Assembly (NCBI GenBank): GCA_903873415.1
Contig: CAIQOK010000034.1
Coordinates: forward strand, 43,962-107,961
Direction of reading: 5' to 3'
Length of the DNA stretch: 64,000 nt
Source of the DNA: an uncultured Verrucomicrobiota bacterium
GTDB lineage: Bacteria > Verrucomicrobiota > Verrucomicrobiia > Limisphaerales > CAIQOK01
A program made the position numbers and the translations under genes. Shown in pieces: positions 10,584 to 21,234 of the stretch. Below the pieces are notes generated by a model. That model saw nothing but the letters and a program-made list of their open reading frames with translations, was not told the DNA's origin and did no database searches. Position 1 is the first letter of the stretch, and the number at the start of each line of letters is the position of its first letter.

Positions 10584-13127
10584 TCAGGGGCGGATGATTG
10601 ATACCACACAGGTTTCTGGGCGGAGATATTTGCCCGCCACAATGCGGATTTGCTCCAGGCTGACGGCCTCAATCCGCGCGTCATCCAGTTCTGTGTGCTG
10701 GTAGCCCAGACCATAGAGTTCGTCTAAAGCGGTGCTCATGGCCAGATTTCCAAGATCCTGGCGGGATATTTTGCGCTGGCCAATGATTTTGGCTTTGGCG
10801 CGTTTGAGTTCGTCGGCGGTGAGTCCTTCGGTCCTGAGAAGTTCCGCCTCATGGAGCAATTCTTTTTCGACCAGCTCAACCTGTTCGGGCATTGTGCCGA
10901 CATAAAAGCTGAAATATCCCGGCACCAGTCCGGCCATGTGTTGGGCGCCGACATAATAGGCCAAGCCCAGTTGTTCACGGATTCGCAGGAACAAGCGCGA
11001 TCCCAAATCGCTGCAGGCCTCCTGCAAGAGGTCGAGCGCGTAGCGGTCTCCGTCGTGGAGGGTTGTGCCGGGGAAGCCGATGACCAAGACGGCCTGCTTC
11101 TTGTCGCGGACGGTGGTCACGCGTTTGACCGGGGTATGAGTGGAGTGGGGGCGGGGGGCGGGACGGGTGGTGGAGGGGTTCCAATTTCCCAGCACTTTTT
11201 CGACTGCCGCTCTCACTTCGGCGGGGTTGATATCCCCATAAATAGCCAGGACGCAGTTGTCCGGGGTGACAAGTCGGTCATGCAGCGCCTTTAGTCCGGC
11301 GGTGGACAATGCGCGAACTGTTTCGTCAGTGCCCAAGGAATCGAGGCCGTAATCCGAGTCGCCGAAGAGCGCCCGGCGCATGGCGTTCCCGGCGCTTTTT
11401 AGCAATTGATCCTTCTGCGCCCGGATGCCGGCCAGATGCACTTCCCGCTCCCGTTCCAGCGCTGCCTCCGGAAAGGTGGGATTTAACAGGACGTCGGCCA
11501 CCAGATCGAGGCCGATGGCAAAATCAGCGCTCAGCACCTCGGCATTCACGCCGAAACTATTGTTCCCGCCGTAGGTGTCAAGGTGTCCGCCGATGGACTC
11601 GATGCCGATTGCGAGGTCTTCGGCGGAGCGGCGGGTGGTGCCTTTGAGGAGCAGTCGGCTCATGAGTTGGGTGATGCCGTTATTCTGGGCGGTTTCGGCC
11701 AGAACGCCGCCTTGGAACACCGCGCGGAATTCGACAAAGGGCAGGCGGTGGTTTTCTTTGACCAGCAGGCGCAGGCCGTTGGGAAGATCGAATTTCTCAA
11801 CCGCCTGGTCCCGGCTGGATTGATCCGGTGCCGCAATTTTGGGGGCCGTGCCGGTCGGTAGCAGGGCGTAGAGTGTGCGGTTTTCCCGGGTGAGATATTC
11901 GCGGGCAACGCGCTGCAACTCGAGCGGGGTGATGGTTTTGACGGCTGCCAGATAGCGTTCTGAAAAATTAAGGTCGCCGGCGGAAAGCCAGTTGCCGCCC
12001 AGATCCTGGGCCTGTCCCTGCATTGTTTTGCGCGAAGCCAGGGTGGCGGAGATGAACTGTTTAACAGCCTTGTCGAGTTCGCCGGCGGTGACTGGGGCGG
12101 TTTTCATCCGCTCCACCTCGGCCAGCAGCGCCGGGCAGGCGGCGGAGAATTGTTCCGCATCCACCATCGCGCTCAGGCCGAAGAGGCCCGGAGCTCCGGG
12201 GCTGTAGGTCCAAGCCTCGGCGTGATGAACCACGCCCTGCTTCTCACGCACTTTCTGATACAGCCGGGAGCTGCGCCCGCTGCCCAGCAGAGTGGCCAGC
12301 ACGTCGAGAAGCGGCACGTCCCGATGGCGCACATCGGGGATGTGCCAGGCGAAATGCAGGTGGCCGATTTCAACGGCCGACTCTTCGATGATCTCGCGCG
12401 GGGCTGTCTGCCTCGGCTCGGCGGGCAGCACCACGGGCGGCAGGGCCCGGGATTTGGTCTTGGCATAGGCCTGTCGGATCTGCGCCATTACCTCCGCCGG
12501 TTGCACGTCGCCGGTCACCACATAAAAGACATTGTTCGGCGCATATTTCTCCTCGTAATAATGCCGGATATCCTCCGTCTTGAGCTCGTTGAAAATATCG
12601 GGGTAGCCAATAATGGTGAAGCGGTATGGACTGCGGGTGTAGGCCGTTTCGAACAGGCGCCGGCTTGCACGGCGGCCCGGGTCGTCCTGTCCCATATCCA
12701 TTTCACGGCGGATGACGTCCAGTTCCTTGGCGAGATCCTCTGGTGGCAGACTGGCGTGCTGCATGATATCGCAGAGGATGTCTATGGCAGTGCGGGTGCC
12801 GGTGTTGGGGACATCGATGTGGTAGACCGTGCGGTCGAAACTGGTGTAGGCGTTCATGTATCCGCCAGCCTCCTGCACTTCCTGGTCGATCCGGCTGCCG
12901 GGTCGGGTGGTGGTGCCTTTGAAAAGCATGTGTTCCAGCACATGGGACAGGCCGGACCCCAGCCATCGACCTTCATGGATGCTGCCGGCCGCGCACCAAG
13001 CCTGGACGGAAACAACGGGGGCGCTGTGATCCTCGCGGATTATCACAGTCAGGCCGTTTTCGAGTGTGGTGAGGCTTACCCCGGGCGGGCAGGCGGGGAT
13101 TTCGTGGGGAGGGAGCGGGTTGGTCAT
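10584..13127 (-). CDS. M16 (pitrilysin-like) zinc protease with two fused M16 halves
   Basis: Inverted zinc motif HVLEH, NAYTSFDRTVY, and a second degenerate M16 unit (LPNGLRLLV). Confidence 0.9.
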   Translation of the reverse strand: MTNPLPPHEIPACPPGVSLTTLENGLTVIIREDHSAPVVSVQAWCAAGSIHEGRWLGSGLSHVLEHMLFKGTTTRPGSRIDQEVQEAGGYMNAYTSFDRTVYHIDVPNTGTRTAIDILCDIMQHASLPPEDLAKELDVIRREMDMGQDDPGRRASRRLFETAYTRSPYRFTIIGYPDIFNELKTEDIRHYYEEKYAPNNVFYVVTGDVQPAEVMAQIRQAYAKTKSRALPPVVLPAEPRQTAPREIIEESAVEIGHLHFAWHIPDVRHRDVPLLDVLATLLGSGRSSRLYQKVREKQGVVHHAEAWTYSPGAPGLFGLSAMVDAEQFSAACPALLAEVERMKTAPVTAGELDKAVKQFISATLASRKTMQGQAQDLGGNWLSAGDLNFSERYLAAVKTITPLELQRVAREYLTRENRTLYALLPTGTAPKIAAPDQSSRDQAVEKFDLPNGLRLLVKENHRLPFVEFRAVFQGGVLAETAQNNGITQLMSRLLLKGTTRRSAEDLAIGIESIGGHLDTYGGNNSFGVNAEVLSADFAIGLDLVADVLLNPTFPEAALEREREVHLAGIRAQKDQLLKSAGNAMRRALFGDSDYGLDSLGTDETVRALSTAGLKALHDRLVTPDNCVLAIYGDINPAEVRAAVEKVLGNWNPSTTRPAPRPHSTHTPVKRVTTVRDKKQAVLVIGFPGTTLHDGDRYALDLLQEACSDLGSRLFLRIREQLGLAYYVGAQHMAGLVPGYFSFYVGTMPEQVELVEKELLHEAELLRTEGLTADELKRAKAKIIGQRKISRQDLGNLAMSTALDELYGLGYQHTELDDARIEAVSLEQIRIVAGKYLRPETCVVSIIRP

Positions 13128-13411
13128 TTTCAATTCAAATTGGATGGGAAAGGTATTCAGAAATGCATTCAGGGCAATTTAATTTGGTGCGCCAGCCGTC
13201 CGCGCTGGGAAATGCGCGAGCGTGTGGCTGCCACGGATCCTTCCAGGCGGGCGGTTGAAGGCATCCTGAAAGAGCAGGAAGTATCGGGGTGGAAATTCCG
13301 AGGTGGATCATCCGCGCCGGGGTTGATGCGGAAAGGGCGGAGGGTTGGAAACCGCGGGATTTCCTCTGATGAGCCTGTGTGCGAGCCGGTCGCCCTGCGC
13401 GGAATGGCGCA

Positions 13412-13831
13412 TCAGCATGCCAGCGGGTCGGGCGTGGATTTCAACTTGCTCTTGGGTAAAAAGGGGTTCCGGAAGGCTTGATTAAAATCATAGCCGTCCT
13501 GAAAGTCCTCCCGGCTGTCCGTCTCGGTCTTGGCGAGCCAACCTGTTTCCACCATGTTGAAAACGATTTCGCCGAAATCCCGGCAGGTGTGGATTCCCCA
13601 CTCATCAAAAACCGTGAGCGCCATGGGACCGAATTGCGCCAAGGCAAAGTCACGGATGCCGGAGAGCAGCTCTTGGCCGCTGACGTGGCGGAGCTGGCCC
13701 CGGTTTTCCTTCACGATGCACTTCTGGGTGTGGTCAAGGGCCTCACGCACAAAGTAATAGGAGTCGCGGTGGAAGCGCGGGTCCCGGGCTTGGATGTTCT
13801 CCAGAGCCTGTTCGAAGGTTATTTGCTGCAT
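13412..13831 (-). CDS. Conserved Verrucomicrobia/Planctomycetes-type protein (Minf_1886-like)
   Basis: DPRF...Y.FVREALD..., HVSGQELL.GIR.FAL.QFGPMA..V..EWGI...DFGEIVFNMVE pattern, recognised from memory. Confidence 0.75.
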   Translation of the reverse strand: MQQITFEQALENIQARDPRFHRDSYYFVREALDHTQKCIVKENRGQLRHVSGQELLSGIRDFALAQFGPMALTVFDEWGIHTCRDFGEIVFNMVETGWLAKTETDSREDFQDGYDFNQAFRNPFLPKSKLKSTPDPLAC

Positions 13832-13832
13832 G

Positions 13833-13967
13833 TCAGGGGTTTGCCGGGGCGGTGGTCTGAATTTTGGGCGGGTGCGCGGCGCGCCATACTTTGACCGCCC
13901 ATCCGGTGAGCAGTAGGAGCGCCGCAAGGCAGATTACCAGTTGCTCCTGCTTGGTCAGGCGGTTCAT
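13833..13967 (-). CDS. 44-aa single-TM small protein
   Basis: MNRLTKQEQLVICLAALLLLTGWAVKVWRAAHPPKIQTTAPANP*; stop 1 nt before the next ATG; -10-like TAAAGT 6 nt upstream of the start. Confidence 0.7.
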   Translation of the reverse strand: MNRLTKQEQLVICLAALLLLTGWAVKVWRAAHPPKIQTTAPANP

Positions 13968-14198
13968 AGCTCCACTTTAAGGGAGCCCGCTGCAAGCACA
14001 ATCCCATTCCAATTCCCGCCGTGATATTTGCGGCTGAAGCTTGCAGTACAAGCCGTCGCCGTGTTTTCATACCTGTAATCGGTGGAATGGGGCATGGGTT
14101 AAGTAAAATTTAGCCGGGGCATTGCCATGCGTTTCACCCAGACCGGCCGCTTCCGGACTGGGTGAAAGGGGTGCGGGAGAAAATGTGTTTAAAAAAGG

Positions 14199-14226
14199 TT
14201 GCGCCGATGCGGCGGCTTGCTATAGT
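14199..14226 (+). promoter_or_regulatory. Sigma70-type promoter of rpsL
   Basis: TTGCGC-16-TATAGT with an extended TG and an A-rich upstream tract. Confidence 0.6.
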
Positions 14227-14281
14227 CCGGATTCAGTTTGTCTCAAAAAGACAGCAGAGAACGAAATAATTTTAAAAGCGA

Positions 14282-14668
14282 ATGCCGACAATTAATCAAT
14301 TGGTCCGCCAGGGCCGCACTAAAATCCGATACAAGTCCAAGTCGCCGGCGCTGGAAAATTCCCCTTTTCGCCGGGGCGTTTGCATCCAGGTCATGACGCG
14401 CACTCCCAAAAAGCCCAACTCGGCAATGCGTAAAGTGGCCAAAGTGCGGCTTACGAATGGCTATGAGGTGATCGCTTATATCCCGGACGAGGGCCATAAT
14501 TTGCAGGAGCACTCCATTGTTCTGGTGCGTGGCGGGCGCGTGAAGGATTTGCCGGGTGTTCGTTACCACATTGTTCGCGGCACTCTGGATGCCGCCGGTG
14601 TGGAAAAGCGCCGCGTCAGCCGTTCCAAATATGGCGTCAAGCGCCCCAAGGCACCCAAGGCCGCCTAA
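14282..14668 (+). CDS. rpsL: 30S ribosomal protein S12
   Basis: [30 protein letters not shown]. Confidence 0.99.
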   Translation: MPTINQLVRQGRTKIRYKSKSPALENSPFRRGVCIQVMTRTPKKPNSAMRKVAKVRLTNGYEVIAYIPDEGHNLQEHSIVLVRGGRVKDLPGVRYHIVRGTLDAAGVEKRRVSRSKYGVKRPKAPKAA

Positions 14669-14699
14669 ACCGACTCAACTTTTAACCGACTAATCAACC

Positions 14700-15173
14700 A
14701 TGTCCCGACGACGTCAAGCCTCCAAACGCCCGGTCACCAGTGATGCCAAATTCGGCAGCACTCTGGTCAATCGCCTAGTCAACACCGTCATGCGCTCCGG
14801 CAATAAGAGCACAGCGCAGCGGATTGTTTACGGGGCCTTCGATCAGCTCAGCGAGAAAAACCCCGCCTCCAACCCGCTGGAAATCCTGCAGCGCGCCGTG
14901 GACAATGCGAAACCGCGTTTGGAGATCAAGCCCCGCCGTGTGGGCGGCGCCACTTACCAAGTGCCCGTGGAAGTCACCAGCGACCGGCAGTTCGCCCTTG
15001 CTCTCCGCTGGCTGGTGGATTTTGCCGATGCACGCAAGGGGATTCCAATGAAGGAGGCGCTGGCCGCTGAGATCATGGAAGCCTTCCAAGGGCAGGGCAA
15101 CGCGATCCGGAAACGCGACGACGTTCACAAGATGGCTCAAGCCAACAAAGCTTTTGCCCACTTCCGTTGGTAG
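14700..15173 (+). CDS. rpsG: 30S ribosomal protein S7
   Basis: RRVGGATYQVP, HKMAQANKAFAHFRW. Confidence 0.99.
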   Translation: MSRRRQASKRPVTSDAKFGSTLVNRLVNTVMRSGNKSTAQRIVYGAFDQLSEKNPASNPLEILQRAVDNAKPRLEIKPRRVGGATYQVPVEVTSDRQFALALRWLVDFADARKGIPMKEALAAEIMEAFQGQGNAIRKRDDVHKMAQANKAFAHFRW

Positions 15174-15188
15174 CAGAACTTTCCCATG

Positions 15189-15223
15189 ACGCCCCGACGG
15201 TAAAACGCCGGGGCGTTTTTTTT
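15189..15223 (+). terminator. Intrinsic terminator-like hairpin between rpsG and fusA
   Basis: ACGCCCCG...CGGGGCGT stem followed by a T-run. Confidence 0.7.
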
Positions 15224-15253
15224 ACCACTTTAACCTGACCGGAAAATTGTAAG

Positions 15254-17443
15254 ATGAGCGCAGAAATCACCTCCCCCAATTCGCCCAATCGTGAATACAC
15301 CTTGGAGCGCACCCGCAACATCGGTATCGCCGCGCACATTGACGCCGGCAAGACCACCACGACCGAGCGGATCTTGTTTTATACCGGGCTGATTCACAAG
15401 ATCGGCGATGTGGATGACGGCAATACGGTGACCGATTGGATGGAGCAGGAAAAAGAGCGCGGCATCACGATCACTTCCGCGGCGGTCACTTGTTTCTGGA
15501 CACAGAAGACCGTGAAGCCCGGGGAAGATCAGATTTACAAGGCTTTCAACAACATTGCCCACCGCATCAACATTATCGACACCCCGGGTCACGTGGACTT
15601 CACGGCCGAGGTGGAGCGTTCCATGCGCGTGCTGGACGGAGCTGTTGCAGTGTTTTGCGGCGTGGCGGGCGTTCAGCCTCAATCTGAAACCGTCTGGCGT
15701 CAGGCGACGAAATACAACGTTCCCCGCATTGCGTTCGTCAACAAGATGGACCGCATGGGGGCGAACTTTGACAATGCCCTCAACGACATGCGCACCAAGC
15801 TGCGCGCTTATGCGTTTCCCGTCTTTCTGCCGATCGGGGCCGAGGAGCAGTTCGCTGGCGTGATCGACGTGGTGAATCAGAAAGCGGTCATTTGGGGCGA
15901 AGGCGATCTCACCACGGAAGGCTTGGTTTATGAGGTCAAAGATCTTGACCCGGTTCAAAAAGAGCGGGCCGAGGCGGCGCTCGCTGAATTGATCGATGCC
16001 GTGTCCAACAAGGATCCGGAGATTGAAAATCTGGTGTTGGAAGAAAAGCCGATTACGGCGCCTATCCTCAAGGCGGCCATCCGCCGCTTGACCTGCAAGA
16101 TCGAGCTTGTTCCAGTGCTGTGCGGTTCGGCGTTCAAGAAGAAAGCCGTGCAAATCCTCGTCGACGCGGTCATCGACTATCTCCCCAGCCCGATCGATAT
16201 TCCCGGGGCTGAAGGACATGAGTTGGGCACGGAGGTGGTCGTGAAAGTTCCCACCACCGACCATGCCAAGTTCTGTTCCCTGGCTTTCAAGCTCTGGACT
16301 GATCCCTATGCGGGTAAGCTGGTTTTCTTCCGCGTCTATTCCGGCCATCTCAAGAAGGGGGACACCATTTACAATCCGCGCACCCGCAAACGCGAGCGGG
16401 TCAGCCGACTCATGGTCATTCAGGGCAGCGAGCGCAAGGATATTAACGAGGTCTACGCCGGCGACATCGCCGCGCTGGTCGGGTTGCGCAACATCACGAC
16501 GGGCGACACCTTGTGCGACGAGGATTTTGACGTCACACTCGAACCGCCGACGTTCCCGGAACCGGTCATCAGCATGGCAGTGGAGCCCAAGACCAAGCAG
16601 GATCGTGACAAGCTGTCCGAAGGACTGCAGCGTCTTGCTGAAGAGGATCCTACTTTCCGTTGCTTTACGAACGAGGAGACCAGCCAGCTGATCATCGCCG
16701 GCATGGGTGAGTTGCATCTGGAAATCATCATAGACCGGCTCAAGCGCGAGTTCAAAGTGGAGGCCAATACCGGCGCTCCTCAGATTGCGTATCGTGAGAC
16801 CATCACGAAGAATGCCGAAGGAGAGGGTAAATTCATTCGTCAGTCCGGCGGTAAGGGGCAATACGGACACGCATGTATCACCGTCACCCCCAACGAAAAG
16901 GGCAAGGGCGTCGAAGTGGTCGACGAAATCGTCGGCGGCACGATTCCAAAGGAATACATTCCGGCTGTCATTGACGGGATCCAAGAGGCCATCAAAGGCG
17001 GCGTTTATGCCGGATATCAGGTCATCGATATTAAAGTCGAGGTTGTGGATGGTTCCTTCCACGAAGTCGACTCCAACGAGCTGGCCTTCCGCATGGCTGG
17101 TATTTTCGCCTTGAAAGACGCCTTTAAGAAGGCGGGTCCGATTTTGCTGGAGCCGCTGATGAAAGTGGAGTGCACCACCCCCGACGAATATCAGGGCGAT
17201 CTCTTGGGTGACATCAATCGTCGTCGCGGTACGATTGTCAGCATCGAGGCGAAGAATGGTCAAACCGTGCTCAATGCGAATGTTCCTCTGGCGGAGATGT
17301 TCGGTTATGCCACGGCCATTCGCTCCCTTTCCAAGGGGCGTGCCTCTTACTCGATGGAACCGTTGAGTTTTGCCCAGGTCCCCAACAGCGTTCTGACCAC
17401 GATACTGGATCAGGCAGCCAAAAAACCGGCCGCCCGCACCTGA
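15254..17443 (+). CDS. fusA: Elongation factor G
   Basis: [46 protein letters not shown]. Confidence 0.99.
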   Translation: MSAEITSPNSPNREYTLERTRNIGIAAHIDAGKTTTTERILFYTGLIHKIGDVDDGNTVTDWMEQEKERGITITSAAVTCFWTQKTVKPGEDQIYKAFNNIAHRINIIDTPGHVDFTAEVERSMRVLDGAVAVFCGVAGVQPQSETVWRQATKYNVPRIAFVNKMDRMGANFDNALNDMRTKLRAYAFPVFLPIGAEEQFAGVIDVVNQKAVIWGEGDLTTEGLVYEVKDLDPVQKERAEAALAELIDAVSNKDPEIENLVLEEKPITAPILKAAIRRLTCKIELVPVLCGSAFKKKAVQILVDAVIDYLPSPIDIPGAEGHELGTEVVVKVPTTDHAKFCSLAFKLWTDPYAGKLVFFRVYSGHLKKGDTIYNPRTRKRERVSRLMVIQGSERKDINEVYAGDIAALVGLRNITTGDTLCDEDFDVTLEPPTFPEPVISMAVEPKTKQDRDKLSEGLQRLAEEDPTFRCFTNEETSQLIIAGMGELHLEIIIDRLKREFKVEANTGAPQIAYRETITKNAEGEGKFIRQSGGKGQYGHACITVTPNEKGKGVEVVDEIVGGTIPKEYIPAVIDGIQEAIKGGVYAGYQVIDIKVEVVDGSFHEVDSNELAFRMAGIFALKDAFKKAGPILLEPLMKVECTTPDEYQGDLLGDINRRRGTIVSIEAKNGQTVLNANVPLAEMFGYATAIRSLSKGRASYSMEPLSFAQVPNSVLTTILDQAAKKPAART

Positions 17444-17472
17444 TCCTCAAAGGGATTAAAGACATTGTCGCC

Positions 17473-17505
17473 AAACGGCCTCCGTTCGCGGAGGCCGTTT
17501 TTTTT
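17473..17505 (+). terminator. Intrinsic terminator after fusA
   Basis: AAACGGCCTCCG-TTCG-CGGAGGCCGTTT followed by T5. Confidence 0.9.
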
Positions 17506-17703
17506 ATGCAGACTAAGATTTCAATCCCTTGAGCAGGGGAGGGGAAGACGAAACAAAAAGGGTTTGGGCGGAATAAAAGCGAATGAGGAAGTTGAGATTC
17601 AAAAAAATTGAACGATAATATTCGCGTTCTGGTCTGATTAAAGACAGCGTAAATGTTCCGACATCGGTTCAAGAGTGCTTGGAGGGCTTGAATAGGGGGA
17701 TGT

Positions 17704-17719
17704 TGGCATCATTCTGGCT
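17704..17719 (+). promoter_or_regulatory. Sigma54-type -24/-12 promoter candidate
   Basis: TGGCAT-CATTC-TGGCT, with GG at 17705 and GC at 17717 (12-nt offset) and an AT-rich upstream region. Confidence 0.55.
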
Positions 17720-17748
17720 GTTAATAAGTTCCTGAAAGGTATCAACAT

Positions 17749-17913
17749 ATGCCAAAAACTGCTGAAACCATGACTGAAGCCGTAAGGGATCCTAAGTTCT
17801 CGTTTAGAAAAACCATTGATCAACCCAAAAAAGCCCTGAAACACCGCTACGAACGCCGTAAAATCAAAGAATACCTCCATTTGGGAGGTGGGTTTGAAGA
17901 GGGGCTGGCATAA
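17749..17913 (+). CDS. 54-aa basic small protein
   Basis: MPKTAETMTEAVRDPKFSFRKTIDQPKKALKHRYERRKIKEYLHLGGGFEEGLA*; SD-like GAAAGG upstream and a terminator downstream. Confidence 0.7.
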   Translation: MPKTAETMTEAVRDPKFSFRKTIDQPKKALKHRYERRKIKEYLHLGGGFEEGLA

Positions 17914-17936
17914 GCCTCCTTCCTAAGGACAAATCG

Positions 17937-17964
17937 AAAAAGCCACGCGCAAGCGTGGCTTTTT
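17937..17964 (+). terminator. Intrinsic (bidirectional-type) terminator
   Basis: AAAAAGCCACGC-GCAA-GCGTGGCTTTTT. Confidence 0.85.
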
Positions 17965-18334
17965 CATATACATCCCTGATTGGACTGTGGGGTTTTGAGC
18001 AGGTTGGTTGCGGTGATTTGTTCAAAGGACATCTGTTTCTGTCCGGAATGTTACGGGCAACTCGGACTCCCAAGATTTCTACCGGACTATGGGAGCCCGG
18101 CTTTGCGGCGGGTAAAATGGGCGCCGACTCTCCGGTTCCCGGCAGCTCGACGGCGTTTTATTGGTCATGGCAGGAGGAAGGATTGACTGTGGCGGCTGGG
18201 GGTGGCTTTTGTAAGGATTAAAATCCGCAGAGAATCGCGCCACGGGAGTGGTAATAGGCGCTTGAATCTCGTCATAAGGCTTGCCAAGGCCGGGCATCGT
18301 TCATTAGATTGGACCTTCGTTTGAGCAAACAGGT

Positions 18335-18691
18335 ATGCATTTTATAAAATTCACCGCCCTTTTGGCCTTGGGCCAACCACCCACCCCAGCCGGAACCCAA
18401 CCCGATCCCAAAGGACAATTGGTCCAGACGATTGGCATGTTCGTTATCTTCGGCGTCATGTTCTATTTTCTGATGATCCGTCCTCAGAAAAAACGCGCGC
18501 AGGAGCAGGCTAAAATGCTCTCTTCGGTCAAAGCGGGTGACAAAATCCTGACCTCCAGCGGCATCATCGGTGTGGTTATCAGCGTCAAGGAAAAATCCGT
18601 CTCTATTCGTTCGTCCGACGCCAAGTTTGAAATCACCAAAGCCGCCATCACCGAGATCACTGAGCGATCCGGTGAGGGCGTTGAATCTTAA
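18335..18691 (+). CDS. yajC: Preprotein translocase subunit YajC
   Basis: FYFLMIRPQKKR...GDKILTSSGIIG; directly upstream of secDF. Confidence 0.95.
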   Translation: MHFIKFTALLALGQPPTPAGTQPDPKGQLVQTIGMFVIFGVMFYFLMIRPQKKRAQEQAKMLSSVKAGDKILTSSGIIGVVISVKEKSVSIRSSDAKFEITKAAITEITERSGEGVES

Positions 18692-18705
18692 TTCTCTTTT
18701 TCCCC

Positions 18706-21225
18706 ATGAATAGAAATCACTTCTGGAAACTCGTCGTCATTCTTGGACTCCTCGCATGGTCGGCTTTTGAAATGTATCCGCCCAAGGCGCGGGATCTGGT
18801 GGAGTATTTCAGCAAGCGTGGCGTGAACCGGGATGAGGCCTTCAAAGGCATTGTCGGTCGCGCCCAGGAAATGCAGAAAAAGCTGCCTGAGCGAGCCTAT
18901 GGCAACCTCCAAGACGCCATCGCCACCAACGATTTGGCCCGTTATTTCCCCTTCTTCGACGCCAAGAATGAGGCCCATCCCACCACCTATGTTCTCAACC
19001 GCCTGCAGCGCGAGGCTGCCGGCAAAATCAAGCTCGGCCTTGATCTTCAGGGCGGCACAGCCTTTCTGGTCGAACTGGACACCAACCGTCTTGAGCGTGC
19101 GGTCGACACGAAGCTGGCCGTTTCCCAAGCCATGGAGGTTCTCCGCAAGCGCGTTGATAAGTTTGGCGTGGCCGAGCCTGTGATCCAGCCGGAGGGTGAC
19201 AACCGGATTTTGATCCAGCTGCCGGGGCTTTCCGAGGAGGTTCAAGCCAATGCCAAGGACACCATCCAGAAAGTGGCCTACCTCGAGTTTCGCATGGTGC
19301 ATGAAAAGAGCACCGAGCTTCTGGCCCAAGGATTGATGGCCCCCGGCTGCGAAGTCCTGACCCATGTTGAAACATCCCAGACCGGGGTGAAAAAAGCCGA
19401 GAAATATCTCGTGAAACGCCGCCCCGAAATGGTCGGCGGCATTAAGATGGCCCAAGTAACCCGCGACAATGTGGGCCGTCCGGAAATCGCCTTCACCTTG
19501 GATCCCAAGGCCGCAGACACCTTTGCCAAAATCACCCGCGACAATGTCGGCCACCAGCTGGCCATCGTGCTCGACGGCGAGCTGCAGACCGCTCCTGTCA
19601 TCCGGACTGCCATCGAGGGCGGCAGCGGTGTGATCCAAGGCGACTACACCGAGTTGCAGGCGTTTGGTTTGGCCAATGTTTTGGAAAACCCCCTGAAGAC
19701 TCCCGTTCATATCATCAGCCAGAATGACGTTGATCCCACCCTCGGTAAGGACTCCATCGCCAGCGGTATCCGCGCATCGATCTACGGTGTCATCGCTGTT
19801 TCTGCGTTCATGATGGTTTATTATCTGCTGGCCGGCTTGGTGGCTAACGTGGCCCTGATCTGCAACATCATTATTCTCCTCGGAGTCATGTGTTCCATCG
19901 GAACCACCCTTACACTGCCCGGTATCGCCGGCGTCGTTCTTACGATTGGCATGGCGGTGGACGCCAACGTGCTGATTTTCGAACGCATTCGCGAGGAGGC
20001 TGCCAAGGGCAAGTCTCTGCGCGGCGCATTACAGGCCGGTTACGACCGCGCCTTCGGAACCATCTTCGATTCCCACGTCACCACACTCATTTCCTCCATC
20101 ATCCTCATCAATATGGGAACGGGCTCCGTCAAGGGCTTCGGCGTTTCGTTGACCATCGGTGTGGCGGCGAGCCTGTTCACCGCCCTGGTGGTGACCCGGT
20201 TGATATTCGACTATCTCATCGCAAAAAACATTCTCAAGACTTTACCCATGCTTCATTTCATCAAGTCCACCAAGCTGGACTTCATGAAGCTGGCTGTCCC
20301 CGCCTTCATGGCTTCCTGGCTGCTAATCATCGCTGGCAACAGCTATGGACTGTTTGTCCGCGGCCACAACGTTCTCGGAGTGGAACTCACCGGCGGTGAC
20401 ACCATCACCATGAGCTTTGACCAGCAACACAAGATCGGCGTGGACAAAGTGCGCGAGGCGGCGACCAAGGTCAGCTCCGGCGATGTGCTGGTCTCTTATC
20501 AGCACGACATCGGCACCTCCACCGATACCCTTCGGGTCACGGTGCGCAACACCGCCGACACCAAGGCTGGGGAGGGCGTGAGCTCCAAGGTGGCTTCCTC
20601 GCTCAAGCAAGTCTTCCCCGAATCCAAGTTCAAGGTCATCGGCACCGACCACGTCGGTCCCACCGTGGGTCAGGAGATTCAAGAGACGGCGATTCTAGCA
20701 TCGCTACTGGCCATGTTTGGCATATTGATCTACGTCGCCTTCCGCTACGAGTTCTCCTTCGCGGTGGGTGCGGTGGTGGCAATCATTCATGACGTGCTCA
20801 TGACCCTGGGCTGCTATTTCCTGGCAGGTCGGGAACTCAACGCGACCACTGTCGCCGCCATCTTGACTATCATTGGCTTCTCTATCAATGACACCATCGT
20901 GATCTTCGACCGGATCCGTGAGGATTTGAAGCTGGGCGTGCGCGGATCGTTCCGGGAACTGATGAACCAGGCGCTAAACCAGACGCTGAGCCGGACCCTG
21001 ATCACCTCCGGCACGGTGCTTCTTGCCACGGCTGCTCTTTACATCTTCGGCGGTGGACCCATTAATGATTTCGCCTTCACATTTCTGGTGGGCATCATCA
21101 CCGGCACTTACTCATCCATCTATATTGCCAGCGCAATCGTCCTCTGGTGGCACAAGGGCCAGCGGCCCAAGATTGGCACCGGACAAGTGGCGGTGGAAGG
21201 CCAACCTTCCCCCGCCAAGCCCTAG
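18706..21225 (+). CDS. secDF: Fused protein translocase subunit SecDF
   Basis: KLGLDLQGG, GMAVDANVLIFERIREE, G.ELTGG and GFSINDTIVIFDRIRE. Confidence 0.97.
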   Translation: MNRNHFWKLVVILGLLAWSAFEMYPPKARDLVEYFSKRGVNRDEAFKGIVGRAQEMQKKLPERAYGNLQDAIATNDLARYFPFFDAKNEAHPTTYVLNRLQREAAGKIKLGLDLQGGTAFLVELDTNRLERAVDTKLAVSQAMEVLRKRVDKFGVAEPVIQPEGDNRILIQLPGLSEEVQANAKDTIQKVAYLEFRMVHEKSTELLAQGLMAPGCEVLTHVETSQTGVKKAEKYLVKRRPEMVGGIKMAQVTRDNVGRPEIAFTLDPKAADTFAKITRDNVGHQLAIVLDGELQTAPVIRTAIEGGSGVIQGDYTELQAFGLANVLENPLKTPVHIISQNDVDPTLGKDSIASGIRASIYGVIAVSAFMMVYYLLAGLVANVALICNIIILLGVMCSIGTTLTLPGIAGVVLTIGMAVDANVLIFERIREEAAKGKSLRGALQAGYDRAFGTIFDSHVTTLISSIILINMGTGSVKGFGVSLTIGVAASLFTALVVTRLIFDYLIAKNILKTLPMLHFIKSTKLDFMKLAVPAFMASWLLIIAGNSYGLFVRGHNVLGVELTGGDTITMSFDQQHKIGVDKVREAATKVSSGDVLVSYQHDIGTSTDTLRVTVRNTADTKAGEGVSSKVASSLKQVFPESKFKVIGTDHVGPTVGQEIQETAILASLLAMFGILIYVAFRYEFSFAVGAVVAIIHDVLMTLGCYFLAGRELNATTVAAILTIIGFSINDTIVIFDRIREDLKLGVRGSFRELMNQALNQTLSRTLITSGTVLLATAALYIFGGGPINDFAFTFLVGIITGTYSSIYIASAIVLWWHKGQRPKIGTGQVAVEGQPSPAKP

Positions 21226-21234
21226 CCGGCAAGC

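Noticed and set aside
15230..17263. 677-aa antisense ORF over fusA, and similar long antisense ORFs over recJ, argG, nadB and the M16 protease
   Set aside because: Shadow ORFs expected from codon bias in GC-rich genes; no recognisable motifs.
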